From Candidatus Latescibacterota bacterium (GTDB lineage Bacteria; Latescibacterota; UBA2968): DNA of 64,000 nucleotides. Each line of letters starts with the position of its first letter. The first letter of the stretch is position 1. The DNA lies in the NCBI GenBank assembly GCA_965116885.1, contig OZ220741.1:4960001-5024000 (forward strand), read 5' to 3'. Below the pieces are notes generated by a model. It worked only from the letters and a program-made list of their open reading frames with translations. It had not been told where the DNA came from and did no database searches. Below are positions 1 to 9,617 of the stretch, piece by piece. The position numbers and the translations under genes were made by a program.

Positions 1-1138
1 AGAAAACCTGCCCGAAACATGGCAAAAGGCGGGTAAATTTTTTGACCTGGCGGATTTTATGGTCTATAAAGCAACGGGAGCCGACCGCCGCAGTTTGTGT
101 ACCAACGTATGCAAATGGACCTATCTGGGCCATGAATCGCGCTGGGATCGCACCTTCTTTGACGCCATTGGTCTGGGCGATTTATTCGACAGCGGAAAAG
201 TGACAGAAGATGTCGCACCCATGGGCGAAAACGCGGGTACTCTGAGTGCAGAAGCCGCCGATCTGATGGGATTGACAACGCAAACCGCCGTAGGTGTAGG
301 CATCATCGATGCACACGCAGGGGGCATTGGCGTTGGGGTCAGCGAACCGATTTTGGCATTGATCGGTGGCACCTCGTCGTGCCACATGGCCGTGTCAAAA
401 GATGCGCGATTTATCCCCGGCGTGTGGGGACCTTACTTCGGTGCAATGCTACCGGGCTTGTGGCTCAGCGAAGGCGGACAGAGTGCAACGGGCGCATTGT
501 TGGACCACACCATCGAGCGATTTGGCATGGTCAAAGAAGAAGATCACTACTGGCATGTACTCACGGGAAAAGAAATCAATGCTGTGTACGCCGAACTCAA
601 CGCGTACATTGCCGCAAAAGGCGTGCGCTCAGATTGGACAGAGCGGCTGCATATTTTGCCCGACCACCACGGAAACCGATCCCCCAAAGCCGACCCCAAC
701 GCACGGGGCATGATGGATGGCTTGACCCTGGATATGTCGTACAACACACTGGCGCAAATTTATCACGCAACCATCCAGTCAGTAGCTTATGGCACGCGCA
801 ATATCATTGACGAAATGGAAAAACAGGGCTACGCAATTGAGCAGATCAATGCGTGTGGGGGCGGCACAAAAAACGAACTGTGGATACGCGAACACGCCGA
901 CGCCACACAGCGCCCCATACACCTGCCCAAAGAACCCGAAGCCGTACTATTGGGATCCGCAATCCTCGGTGCCGTCGCCGCGGGTGCGTATGCCTCAATC
1001 CAAGAAGCGATGGGCGCGATGTGCCACGCGGGCGAAGTCATCGAACCCAATCGGGACACCGCAGATTATCACGCCTATAAATACGAACAACAAATGACCA
1101 TGTACGACCAGCACGTAAACCGACGCAACATCGACTGA
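1..1138 (+). CDS. FGGY-family pentulose/ribulose kinase (5'-truncated by window edge)
   Basis: Frame open from base 2 (ENLPETWQKAGKFFDLADFMVYKATG). FGGY motifs GIIDAHAG, GTSSCH, EGGQSATG, HGNRSP, CGGGTKN, EAVLLGSAILG. Confidence 0.9.
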   Translation, partial: ENLPETWQKAGKFFDLADFMVYKATGADRRSLCTNVCKWTYLGHESRWDRTFFDAIGLGDLFDSGKVTEDVAPMGENAGTLSAEAADLMGLTTQTAVGVGIIDAHAGGIGVGVSEPILALIGGTSSCHMAVSKDARFIPGVWGPYFGAMLPGLWLSEGGQSATGALLDHTIERFGMVKEEDHYWHVLTGKEINAVYAELNAYIAAKGVRSDWTERLHILPDHHGNRSPKADPNARGMMDGLTLDMSYNTLAQIYHATIQSVAYGTRNIIDEMEKQGYAIEQINACGGGTKNELWIREHADATQRPIHLPKEPEAVLLGSAILGAVAAGAYASIQEAMGAMCHAGEVIEPNRDTADYHAYKYEQQMTMYDQHVNRRNID

Positions 1139-1214
1139 TCGGAAATTCGGTTGTGTTTCGCGCAATATCGCATTAGCATGGACTTGTTAATTATCATACT
1201 GAAGGAGACAAAAC

Positions 1215-2048
1215 GTGAAAATCGGATACGGCACTTATGCAATGCAAACGGAAAACATCTTCGACGCGCTCCCGCGCCTGCGCGACATAGGCTACGAAGC
1301 CCTCGAAATCAACACGGGTGACGACTGGCCCACCGCCCCGCACAAACTCGACACCACTACCCGCGAAACACTCGCCAAAACCATCCGGGACCTCGGCTTT
1401 GAATCCCCCGTCACCATGGCCTTGATGCCCATCTGCACACAGGGCGATGGCCGCCCGGCCATCCTCGAAAAATTTGATGACGCCTGTATCCTCGCCAGTG
1501 ACCTCGCCTTTGGCGATGCTCCCGGCATCATCGTCAGCACACTCGGCGGACTGCACGGCACCTGGGACGAAGTCAAACACACCTATTGCGATCAACTCCT
1601 CGAATTGGGCGATCGCGCCGCCAAACACAACGTCATCCTCGCAACCGAACCCCATGCGGGCCACCCGCTCGACACACCCCAAAAAGTCGATTGGCTCATG
1701 CGGCAAACCAATCACGACAACGTCAAAGTCAATTTCGACATGAGCCACTTTTACGTTGACGATATCGACCTCCAGCCGAGCGTTGACCTGTGCGCCCCCT
1801 ACACCGTCTCCACCCACATCAAAGACGGCCATCGCGTCAACGGACAGGTGCGCTACCTCTTGCCCGGCGAAGGCGACTTCGACCTCGTCGCCTTTTTTAA
1901 AGCCGTCGCAGCCGCAGGCATCACCGTCCCAATCACCGTCGAAGTCACCGCGCAAATCTGGAGACAACCCGACTACGACCCCTGGCCCGTCGCCGAACAA
2001 TGCTTCAGTGCACTCGACAATGCGCGAAGAGAAGCAGGTGTTACATAG
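1215..2048 (+). CDS. Sugar phosphate isomerase/epimerase (xylose isomerase-like TIM barrel)
   Basis: GTG start after AAGGAG. Metal-ligand pattern EPH, NFDMSH, HIKD, LPGEGDFD, TVE. Confidence 0.85.
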   Translation: MKIGYGTYAMQTENIFDALPRLRDIGYEALEINTGDDWPTAPHKLDTTTRETLAKTIRDLGFESPVTMALMPICTQGDGRPAILEKFDDACILASDLAFGDAPGIIVSTLGGLHGTWDEVKHTYCDQLLELGDRAAKHNVILATEPHAGHPLDTPQKVDWLMRQTNHDNVKVNFDMSHFYVDDIDLQPSVDLCAPYTVSTHIKDGHRVNGQVRYLLPGEGDFDLVAFFKAVAAAGITVPITVEVTAQIWRQPDYDPWPVAEQCFSALDNARREAGVT

Positions 2049-2066
2049 ATAAATCAGAAATCAATC

Positions 2067-3488
2067 ATGGCCTACAACATCCTCCTCATCCTGACCGATC
2101 AACAGCGCTGGGACTCCCTCGGTTGTTGCGGTATAGGCGGCGTACACACCCCCAACCTCGACCGCCTCGCCAGTGAAGGCGCGCGCTACGACCAGTGCTA
2201 TGTCAACAACCCGATATGCACGCCCAGTCGCGCCAGCCTCTGGACGGGCAAACACCTGCCCGGTCACGGCGTTTACCGCCTGCACGATGTCTTGCCCCAG
2301 GATGAAATCCTCTTTCCCCATCACCTGCGCGAAGCCGGATACGACACCGCGCTCTTTGGCAAACTCCACGTTGCCGGTCACATGTGGGAAATGCAATACC
2401 GACACCGCTTCGACGGCTTCAACACCTATGAATGGGCACCCGATCCCAATGGGTATCGGGGATGCGACACCGCGTACTTCCGCTGGCTTGCGGTACACCA
2501 CCCCGACATTCTCCAGCGCTGGAAACGCGACGGCAACAGCATCGGCCACGTACGCGCCGAAGCCCACTTCACCACCTGGGCCGCCGACCGCACCATCGAC
2601 TATCTCCACCGCATGCAGGGCACACATCAGCCCTTCTTCTGTTGCATGAGCGTCTTTGATCCGCACAGTCCCTATACAAATTATCCCAAAGAATACGCCG
2701 ACTACCTCGACATCGATGCCCTGCCCGAACCCCTTGCCGTAGATGAATCCTTTGACCATCGCCCAATCGCACACTGGCAAGAGCACAACGGGCGATCTTT
2801 CCCCTCAACGGACACCCTGCGCGAAAGCCGCATCGGCTACCACGCGGCCATCACCCTCATCGACGAACAAATCGGGCGCGTCTTGCAAACACTCGACGAT
2901 ACAAATTTTGCGGACAACACCATCGTCATCTTTGCCAGCGACCACGGCGACATGCTCGGCGACCACGGCCTCACCGTCAAAGGCGCGTACATGTACGACG
3001 CCTGCACCCGGGTGCCCATGATCATCCGCGTGCCGGGCACATCCGGCGGTCAAATCATCGACGCGCCCTGCCAACTTCACGACATCGCCGCAACCGCACT
3101 CGCCATCGCCGGATGCGAACAACCCGACCTCATGCCCGATGCATGCGACCTCCTGGACACCAGCGCCTTGCAGCAACGCGGCTATGCCGTCTGCATGCAC
3201 CGCAACTCGAGCACCACGCGCGGAGGCTATCACAACCCGGAATTGCACATCACCATGTGGCGAGAAAACCGCTACAAACTCAGCATCTACCACGCGCCAC
3301 AACCCGGACCCGACGATTGCCCCGGTGAACTCTTTGACCTGGAAACAGACCCCGACGAAATGAACAACCTCTGGTTCGACGCCGATATGTTCGACACGCG
3401 CGACCAGCTCATCCACAAACTCACGACTTTTCTCGTACAACAAGACGCACAGGGACGCGCGAGAGGTAGCGAAGCCCTGCCACTGTGA
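2067..3488 (+). CDS. Formylglycine-dependent sulfatase
   Basis: N-terminal NILLILTDQQR, active-site CTPSRAS (CxPxR), GKLH, SDHGDMLG. Confidence 0.93.
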   Translation: MAYNILLILTDQQRWDSLGCCGIGGVHTPNLDRLASEGARYDQCYVNNPICTPSRASLWTGKHLPGHGVYRLHDVLPQDEILFPHHLREAGYDTALFGKLHVAGHMWEMQYRHRFDGFNTYEWAPDPNGYRGCDTAYFRWLAVHHPDILQRWKRDGNSIGHVRAEAHFTTWAADRTIDYLHRMQGTHQPFFCCMSVFDPHSPYTNYPKEYADYLDIDALPEPLAVDESFDHRPIAHWQEHNGRSFPSTDTLRESRIGYHAAITLIDEQIGRVLQTLDDTNFADNTIVIFASDHGDMLGDHGLTVKGAYMYDACTRVPMIIRVPGTSGGQIIDAPCQLHDIAATALAIAGCEQPDLMPDACDLLDTSALQQRGYAVCMHRNSSTTRGGYHNPELHITMWRENRYKLSIYHAPQPGPDDCPGELFDLETDPDEMNNLWFDADMFDTRDQLIHKLTTFLVQQDAQGRARGSEALPL

Positions 3489-3505
3489 TTTTGGAAAGAA
3501 AGCTC

Positions 3506-4669
3506 ATGACAAAAAACATCATCATGCCCAAATACGGGCTTCAGCAAGACAACGGCACCGTCGTTGAATGGCGCGTCAAAGAAGGCGACCGCGTCAACAA
3601 GGGCGACATCCTCCTCGACCTGGAAACAGACAAAGCCCTCTTTGAATACGAATCGCCCGAAAGCGGTTACATCCGCAAACTCGTCGCCCAAAACGGCGAA
3701 GAGGTACCGGTGCTCTCTGTCATTGCCATCATCACCGACGAAGCCGACGAAGCCATTGAAGACCTGACACCTGCCAGCACGGACTCCCCCACAGAGGAAC
3801 CGCGCCAGATAGCGGACACCGCAGAGCGAGAACCCGCGCTGGAAGCCCCCACCCAGCGCATCAAAAGATCTCCTGCAGCCCGTCGCCGCGCCCGCGAACT
3901 CAATATTGACCTCGCCAACATCCCAGGCACGGGTCCAGGTGGTCGCATCGTACTCGCCGATGTCGAACTCGCGGCATCCGCTGCCCCATCCTCCGCCACA
4001 TTATCGCGCATGCGTCAGGCCATTGGCAGAACCATGGCCTATAGCAAAAGCACCATCCCGCACTTCTACGTCGCCACTGAAATAGACATGACCGACGCGG
4101 AAATCTGGCGCAAAAACCTCGCGGAAACCGACGCCATCAAGCTCTCGGTCACCGACCTCTTTGTCAAAGCCGCCGCCGATGCCCTCACCCAATACCCGGC
4201 GCTCAACGCCAGCCTTGACGGAGATACCGCCGTTATCGTACACGACACAGTCGATATCGGCCTTGCCGTTGGCACCGACGACGGCCTCGTCGTCCCGGTC
4301 ATCCCAAACGCCGACCGGGCATTCCTGACCGACCTCGCCGACGAACGCGGCCAGCGCGTCGAAGAAGCCAGGCAGGGCAAAATGCGCGGCGATGCCAGTG
4401 CCACCTTCACCATCTCGAATCTGGGGATGTACGGCATCACATCCTTTACCGCCATTGTCAATCCCCCCGAAGCCGCCATCTTAGCCATCGGTGCAGCCAT
4501 CGCCCGCGTTGTCCCCATCGGCGATACCATGACCATCGCCGTTCGCCAAATCGCAGAAGTCACGCTCTCCGCCGACCATCGCCTCGTCGATGGCGTGGTC
4601 GCCGCTCAATTTTTACAGGCACTAAAACAAAATCTACAAGACACGAACAAATTGGAAAGCTGGTTATAA
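3506..4669 (+). CDS. Dihydrolipoamide acyltransferase (E2)
   Basis: Lipoyl domain ETDKA, peripheral-subunit binding domain SPAARRRA...GTGPGGRI, catalytic SADHRLVDG. Start placed at ATG 3506. Confidence 0.93.
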   Translation: MTKNIIMPKYGLQQDNGTVVEWRVKEGDRVNKGDILLDLETDKALFEYESPESGYIRKLVAQNGEEVPVLSVIAIITDEADEAIEDLTPASTDSPTEEPRQIADTAEREPALEAPTQRIKRSPAARRRARELNIDLANIPGTGPGGRIVLADVELAASAAPSSATLSRMRQAIGRTMAYSKSTIPHFYVATEIDMTDAEIWRKNLAETDAIKLSVTDLFVKAAADALTQYPALNASLDGDTAVIVHDTVDIGLAVGTDDGLVVPVIPNADRAFLTDLADERGQRVEEARQGKMRGDASATFTISNLGMYGITSFTAIVNPPEAAILAIGAAIARVVPIGDTMTIAVRQIAEVTLSADHRLVDGVVAAQFLQALKQNLQDTNKLESWL

Positions 4670-4681
4670 AAAGGAGCCTTT

Positions 4682-5644
4682 ATGTCCCTACCCTCTGAAA
4701 TCCTGATCAAAATGTACCGCGCCATGCTCCGCATCCGCCGTTTTGAAGAACAAATATGGGAAGTCTATACCGGCGGCCTCATGCACGGACTGGCGCACCT
4801 CTACATCGGCGAAGAAGCCGTTGCCGTGGGCGTTTGCGCTGCGCTGCGCGACGACGACTTCATCACCAGCACCCACCGCGGGCACGGGCACTGCGTTGCC
4901 AAAGGCGGGAACCTCGAAGCCATGATGGCCGAAGTGATGGGCCGTGTCACCGGGCACTGTCGCGGCAAAGGCGGCTCCATGCACATCGCCGACATGTCCG
5001 TTGGTATCCTCGGCGCAAATGGCATTGTCGGTGGCGGATTTGGCATTGCCACAGGCGCGGCACTCTCAGCCCAAAAACGCGGCACCGATCAGGTAGCCGT
5101 CTGCTTCTTTGGCGACGGCGCCTCCAATCAGGGCATCTTCTTCGAAGTCATGAACTTCGCCGCAATATGGAAACTCCCTGTGATCTACGTCTGCGAAAAC
5201 AACCACTACGGCGAATACACCCCCACTGGAAACGTCACCGCGGGCAAAAGCATCGCGGATCGCTCTCTCCCCTTCGGCATCCCCAGTACAACCGTAGATG
5301 GCAGCGACGCCATTGCCGTGTACGAAGCCACTGCCCAGGCTGTCGAACGCGCCAGAAAGGGCGACGGCGCCACACTCATCGAATGCGACACGTACCGCTA
5401 TCGCGGGCACCACGTTGGCGACCCTGGAGAAGGCTATCGATCAAAAGAAGAAATCGAATCCTGGATGGCCAAAGACCCCATCCAGCAACTCCGCACAAAA
5501 ATACTGGATGACAACATCGCCTCTGGAGCCGAACTCGATGCGGAAGAGCGCGAAGTCGAAAAAGAAATGGAAAACGCGCTCGAAGCTGCCAAAGCCGCGC
5601 CTTATCCCGATGTCGAGGAGGTCAATCAACATGTCTATGCGTGA
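4682..5644 (+). CDS. TPP-dependent dehydrogenase E1 alpha subunit (acetoin/pyruvate dehydrogenase-like)
   Basis: HLYIGEEA, STHRGHGH, GKGGSMH, TPP motif GDGA...ENN, YRYRGH. Confidence 0.93.
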   Translation: MSLPSEILIKMYRAMLRIRRFEEQIWEVYTGGLMHGLAHLYIGEEAVAVGVCAALRDDDFITSTHRGHGHCVAKGGNLEAMMAEVMGRVTGHCRGKGGSMHIADMSVGILGANGIVGGGFGIATGAALSAQKRGTDQVAVCFFGDGASNQGIFFEVMNFAAIWKLPVIYVCENNHYGEYTPTGNVTAGKSIADRSLPFGIPSTTVDGSDAIAVYEATAQAVERARKGDGATLIECDTYRYRGHHVGDPGEGYRSKEEIESWMAKDPIQQLRTKILDDNIASGAELDAEEREVEKEMENALEAAKAAPYPDVEEVNQHVYA

Positions 5645-6623
5645 AATGACTTATGGCGAAGCCGTCAAAGAAGCCATCGCCGAAGAAATGCGCCGCGACC
5701 CCACGGTCTTTCTCATGGGCGAAGACGTCGGCAAAGCGGGCACCGTATTCAAAGTACTCCTCGGTTTGCACGACGAATTTGGCGACGATCGCGTCATCGA
5801 CACGCCCATTGCAGAAGCGGGTCTCGTCGGCCTCGGCGTCGGTGCTGCGCTTACCGGCTCACGCCCCATTGTCGATATTATGTTTGGCGACTTCATCGCC
5901 CTGGCAATGGACCAGATTGTAAACCAGGCCGCCAAACTGCGCTACATGTCCGGCGGTCAGGCCATCGTACCCATCACCATCCGCTCCACAATGGGCGCAG
6001 GACGCTCCTCCGCCGCACAGCATTCGCAGAGCTTACACGCCTGGCTCGCGCACATCCCCGGCCTCAAAGTCGCCATACCCTCCACACCCGCCGACGCCAA
6101 GGGCCTCTTCAAAACCGCCGTTAGAGATGACAACCCCGTCGTCATTTACGAAGACAAAATGATGTACGCCCTCAAAGGCATGGTCCCCACCGAAGAAGAC
6201 TACACCATACCCTTTGGACGGGCGCACATCAAACGCGAAGGCGACGATGTATCCCTCATCGCCACATCGAGCATGGTCCACGTCGCCCTCGAAGCGGCCG
6301 ACACACTTGCAGAACAAGGTATAAGTGCCGAAGTCGTTGACCCGCGCACCCTCGTACCACTCGACGGCGAAACCCTCATCGAATCCGTGGTCAAAACCAC
6401 CCGTGCCGTCATCATCGACGAAGGCTATAAAAGTTTTGGTATCACAGGAGAAATCGCCTCCATCGTCTATAACGGCGCCTTTGACTACATCGACGCCCCC
6501 ATCGCTCGCCTCGGCGCAATGGACGTACCCGTTCCATTCAGCAAACCTCTCGAAGACGCCACAATCCCCACCCCCGAAGATGTGATTAAAGCCGTACAGG
6601 ACATGAAAATCATCCGCAGATGA
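5637..6623 (+). CDS. TPP-dependent dehydrogenase E1 beta subunit
   Basis: MGEDVG, DTPIAE, DQIVNQAAK, AAQHSQS, VVDPRTLVPLD. Start is ATG 5637 or 5631, overlapping the E1 alpha stop. Confidence 0.93.
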   Translation: MREMTYGEAVKEAIAEEMRRDPTVFLMGEDVGKAGTVFKVLLGLHDEFGDDRVIDTPIAEAGLVGLGVGAALTGSRPIVDIMFGDFIALAMDQIVNQAAKLRYMSGGQAIVPITIRSTMGAGRSSAAQHSQSLHAWLAHIPGLKVAIPSTPADAKGLFKTAVRDDNPVVIYEDKMMYALKGMVPTEEDYTIPFGRAHIKREGDDVSLIATSSMVHVALEAADTLAEQGISAEVVDPRTLVPLDGETLIESVVKTTRAVIIDEGYKSFGITGEIASIVYNGAFDYIDAPIARLGAMDVPVPFSKPLEDATIPTPEDVIKAVQDMKIIRR

Positions 6624-6683
6624 ACGCAGATGGACGCAGATAAGATCACAGCAGGCAATGTAGCGGTGTATGTACAACTGGCC
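6612..6683 (+). repeat. CGCAGATG-family dispersed repeat plus partial hairpin element
   Basis: atccgcagatgaacgcagatggacgcagata contains the E1 beta stop. Followed by agcggtgtatgtacaactggccg, which matches the copies at 46617-46700 and 62755-62838. Confidence 0.8.
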
Positions 6684-6711
6684 GTTTCACCGAGTATAAA
6701 CACAAAAAAAT

Positions 6712-6736
6712 AAGCCCGGCGATCTGCCGGGCTTTT
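6712..6736 (+). terminator. Intrinsic terminator after the dehydrogenase operon
   Basis: aagcccggc-gatct-gccgggctt followed by T residues, with an A-run upstream. Confidence 0.8.
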
Positions 6737-7021
6737 GTATCTATCCATGCTATCCACGCGCCAATTCAATCGTATAATTGCCGAACTCCCATGCACCTAT
6801 TTTATACAGATAGGCGCATGGGAATGTTATTTAGAAGGGTTAGAATAGATTAAAAAGGGGTTGCGGTTGTGTCACCGTGCCAGTATCTTTTTAGAGTACT
6901 GAGCGAGATTACCAGGAAAAGTACTTGGAAAAGGAGTACATTTCCGGTGAAGCCGGACAGACACCCACATATCTATCCAGCAGGCAAAGTCTTGCAAAAA
7001 AACCACAAGAGGAGTGTTCCC

Positions 7022-7387
7022 ATGTCCGTTTTAGAACAATCAACCTCACAAGAAAAAGAAAAAAAATGGTCAAAAAAATGGTCTATTGGTCAATCATGGT
7101 TTGGATGGACTAAATACTTTCGCAAGGCAATAACAATAAAGATAAAATATAGATACTGGCGTTCTGATTTTTTGTTTGTTGGATTCCTTGAAGACTATCC
7201 AGATTATTGGACGCAAGGCGAAACCCTTCAAGAATTGAAAGAACATCTGGTTGATATTTACTTGGAAGTTAATAATCCTGAGTCTCTCGGAGCTAATAGT
7301 GTTCATGATAAACTCCCAAATGATGACGTTCCCTCATCACACAAGACTGATGCACTGGCACTGACACTCAGAGTGCAGGTTGCATGA
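7022..7387 (+). CDS. hicB: HicB-like antitoxin with atypical extensions
   Basis: Core FVGFLEDYPDYWTQGETLQELKEHLVDIY matches HicB. GAGGAG RBS before ATG 7022. ATGA overlap with hicA. Confidence 0.75.
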   Translation: MSVLEQSTSQEKEKKWSKKWSIGQSWFGWTKYFRKAITIKIKYRYWRSDFLFVGFLEDYPDYWTQGETLQELKEHLVDIYLEVNNPESLGANSVHDKLPNDDVPSSHKTDALALTLRVQVA

Positions 7388-7563
7388 AAAGAGTTGACTT
7401 AATACGAAAGTTAAATGATGAGGGTTGTGTGTTTGTCCGCCATGGGGGAAGGCATGACATTTACAAAAATCCCAACACGGGCACATCTCAGCCTGTTCCT
7501 CGCCATAGAGAAATTGACAAAGGAACCGCAATGCGTATCATTAAGGCACTTACGGCTGGCTGA
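7384..7563 (+). CDS. hicA: HicA mRNA interferase toxin (59 aa, not in ORF track)
   Basis: Manual translation MKRVDLIRKLNDEGCVFVRHGGRHDIYKNPNTGTSQPVPRHREIDKGTAMRIIKALTAG*, with HicA RHGGRH and VPRH motifs. Confidence 0.9.
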   Translation: MKRVDLIRKLNDEGCVFVRHGGRHDIYKNPNTGTSQPVPRHREIDKGTAMRIIKALTAG

Positions 7564-7611
7564 GTCATGCAAGGAAGTAAAAATGTCAATTTTTGTTGTA
7601 CAATAAAAAAG

Positions 7612-7696
7612 TGCCGAAGACGGGACTCGAACCCGTACGGGCGATTAGCCCAAGGGATTTTAAGTCCCTCGTGTCTACCAGTTCCACCACTTCGGC
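7612..7696 (-). tRNA. tRNA-Leu(TAA)
   Basis: Reverse complement GCCGAAGTGGTGGAACTGGTAGACACGAGGGACTTAAAATCCCT...GGTTCGAGTCCCGTCTTCGGCA. Long variable arm. CCA not encoded. Confidence 0.96.
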
Positions 7697-7707
7697 ACAG
7701 CATCAAA

Positions 7708-7736
7708 AAAATAGGTAAAGGTGTCCTGCTTGTCAA
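7708..7736 (-). promoter_or_regulatory. Sigma70-type promoter of tRNA-Leu(TAA)
   Basis: TTGACA-17 bp-TATTTT on the minus strand, just upstream of the tRNA. Confidence 0.65.
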
Positions 7737-7760
7737 ACGCACAATTCTCGCTTTACGGGC

Positions 7761-8666
7761 TTACCCATCCACTCGTTCGGCCAGCGCACAGGTTGCTGGC
7801 GTGCCATCTACCTCTGCAAACACTTTTCCAAATTCTTTCGGAGAAACCTGCCGCGTATTCTCTCCGCGATACTGAAATTGCAGTGCCCTGCGGCGGTGCG
7901 GACTGCGGTTTGGAGGCGTCTGGTGGGGCAACATCGCTGAAAAAACCATCGCCCCTCCCGCCTTCATTTCCAGTGGCACTGCATCGCTATAATCCAACCG
8001 ACCTTCCACAATCTGACAGTCAATCGTATGTACGTGTTTGAATGCCTCGCCCTTGTGTCTGCCGGGCAACACATGCATGCACCCATTCTCTATCGTTGCA
8101 TCGTCCAGCGTAATCCACGCCGTAGCGACCGCCTCTAAGGGCAACCAGTCAAAATAGGCATTATCCTGATGCCAGGGCTTTTCCGATCCGATAAACGGCG
8201 GCTTGGAAAGAGCCATTTCATTTTTTAAAACCACCTTCTGCTCCAGAACGCGTTCCACAAATCCCTTGATACGCGGATGTTCGACCAGAGCTCGAAACGT
8301 GGGATGCGCCTGATGATACCCATGCAGCTTGCGAAATTTAAGCTCGGCTTCGGCATTTGCCAATGAAAGAGGGTCTGCAATACCTGACTCAAAGTGGATA
8401 CCGAACTCGCCATCCAATGCCTGCACCTGAACGCCAGCATAATTCCCCCTTGTCCCGGGTTTTGATTCCCGAACCCGTGCCCGGCCCGCGCGTGCCTCGT
8501 CCATCAACCACCCCGTGATCTCGCTCAAAGCTGTCCGAGCGGCCTTGACCTCTTCGGCAGTCAGCACATTTTCAAATGCCAGATACCCCTCTCGGTGAAA
8601 TTGCGCCACCAGGCCATCGTCCAGGACCTCTGGACAATCCGGTAAACGCGCTATCGACACAGACAT
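7761..8666 (-). CDS. Phytanoyl-CoA dioxygenase (PhyH) family Fe(II)/2-oxoglutarate dioxygenase
   Basis: KPWHQDNAY (HxD), WITLDDATIENGCM, distal H in LPHQT, RRALQ. GGAGG RBS before ATG 8666. Confidence 0.9.
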   Translation of the reverse strand: MSVSIARLPDCPEVLDDGLVAQFHREGYLAFENVLTAEEVKAARTALSEITGWLMDEARAGRARVRESKPGTRGNYAGVQVQALDGEFGIHFESGIADPLSLANAEAELKFRKLHGYHQAHPTFRALVEHPRIKGFVERVLEQKVVLKNEMALSKPPFIGSEKPWHQDNAYFDWLPLEAVATAWITLDDATIENGCMHVLPGRHKGEAFKHVHTIDCQIVEGRLDYSDAVPLEMKAGGAMVFSAMLPHQTPPNRSPHRRRALQFQYRGENTRQVSPKEFGKVFAEVDGTPATCALAERVDG

Positions 8667-8755
8667 CTTGCCCTCCTGCATTACAAAATATCAAACACTG
8701 TCTCCAAAGAAATCTAAAGCATTTCAACACACTTGACAAGAACATCGAAACAAAT

Positions 8756-8789
8756 AACCGGTCAATCTCATCATCGAAATTGACCGGTT
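8756..8789 (-). terminator. Hairpin directly downstream of tRNA-Cys
   Basis: 11-bp perfect stem aaccggtcaat...attgaccggtt. Confidence 0.55.
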
Positions 8790-8795
8790 GATTTT

Positions 8796-8869
8796 TGGAG
8801 GTGCCGGGCGGATTCGAACCGCCGATAAAGGCTTTGCAGGCCTCTGCCTTACCGCTTGGCCACGGCACC
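8796..8869 (-). tRNA. tRNA-Cys(GCA)
   Basis: Reverse complement GGTGCCGTGGCCAAGCGGTAAGGCAGAGGCCTGCAAAGCCTTTATCGGCGGTTCGAATCCGCCCGGCACCTCCA. CCA encoded. Confidence 0.97.
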
Positions 8870-8900
8870 CCATATGCTGTATTTGATCCGCGAAGCGTTA

Positions 8901-8929
8901 AAAATACCGTACTTTATATCGAATGTCAA
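8901..8929 (-). promoter_or_regulatory. Sigma70-type promoter of tRNA-Cys
   Basis: TTGACA-17 bp-TATTTT on the minus strand. Confidence 0.65.
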
Positions 8930-8938
8930 GGGGTGGGA

Positions 8939-9592
8939 TTAACGCGCAGCCCAGTTAATACCGCGTCGCTGGATCTCTTTTGCCTCTGGCACATCAAAAT
9001 CCACGGCTTTGTGCCCCAGGGAAGAGTAAAACACGCGCCCCTCTCCCCACATGCGCTTCCAAACCACCGGCATCACACAACCATTGACCCAGGGGGCCAC
9101 ATCGGTCTCAAATGTCGTCGTCACCAGCACCTCATTCCCCGGATCGGTATGCATATAATACTGCTCGGAATGCATCGCAAAATCGCTCAGACCCGCCACA
9201 ATAGGATCATCCGCTTTTTCCGGCACAATATTGACCACATAATCGATCACCCCACCCGGGTGCGACACCCACTGCCCGCCCGTCATCCACTGATAGCCCG
9301 TATTATTGCGAAACGCATCGCACATCCCACCGTGCCACCCGGCCAGCCCAACGCCACTCTTAACCGCCCCTTGAAGCCCTTGTTCCTGTTCTCTTTCTAT
9401 ACTGCCCATCGTCCAACAAGGCACAACCACGCTCAGTTCCGACATATAATCCGCATCCGTATAAACATCCATTGAATCGCGAACATCCACATCAAACCCA
9501 TCCGCCTCCAGCAACGGCGCGAAAATATCCACACATTCCTTCGGCTCGTGCCCTTGCCAACCACCCCATACCATCAACGCTTTCTTGCTCAT
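8939..9592 (-). CDS. ThuA-like domain protein
   Basis: [45 protein letters not shown] before ATG 9592. Confidence 0.88.
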   Translation of the reverse strand: MSKKALMVWGGWQGHEPKECVDIFAPLLEADGFDVDVRDSMDVYTDADYMSELSVVVPCWTMGSIEREQEQGLQGAVKSGVGLAGWHGGMCDAFRNNTGYQWMTGGQWVSHPGGVIDYVVNIVPEKADDPIVAGLSDFAMHSEQYYMHTDPGNEVLVTTTFETDVAPWVNGCVMPVVWKRMWGEGRVFYSSLGHKAVDFDVPEAKEIQRRGINWAAR

Positions 9593-9617
9593 CTTCATCT
9601 CCTTATTTGAAAATCTA

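Noticed and set aside
1194..3443. Long minus-strand ORFs (268, 241 and 212 aa)
   Set aside because: Antisense to well-supported isomerase and sulfatase genes, explained by codon bias.
5298..5636. N-terminal extension of E1 beta in the ORF track
   Set aside because: Overlaps E1 alpha. Homology and the RBS point to a start at 5631 or 5637.
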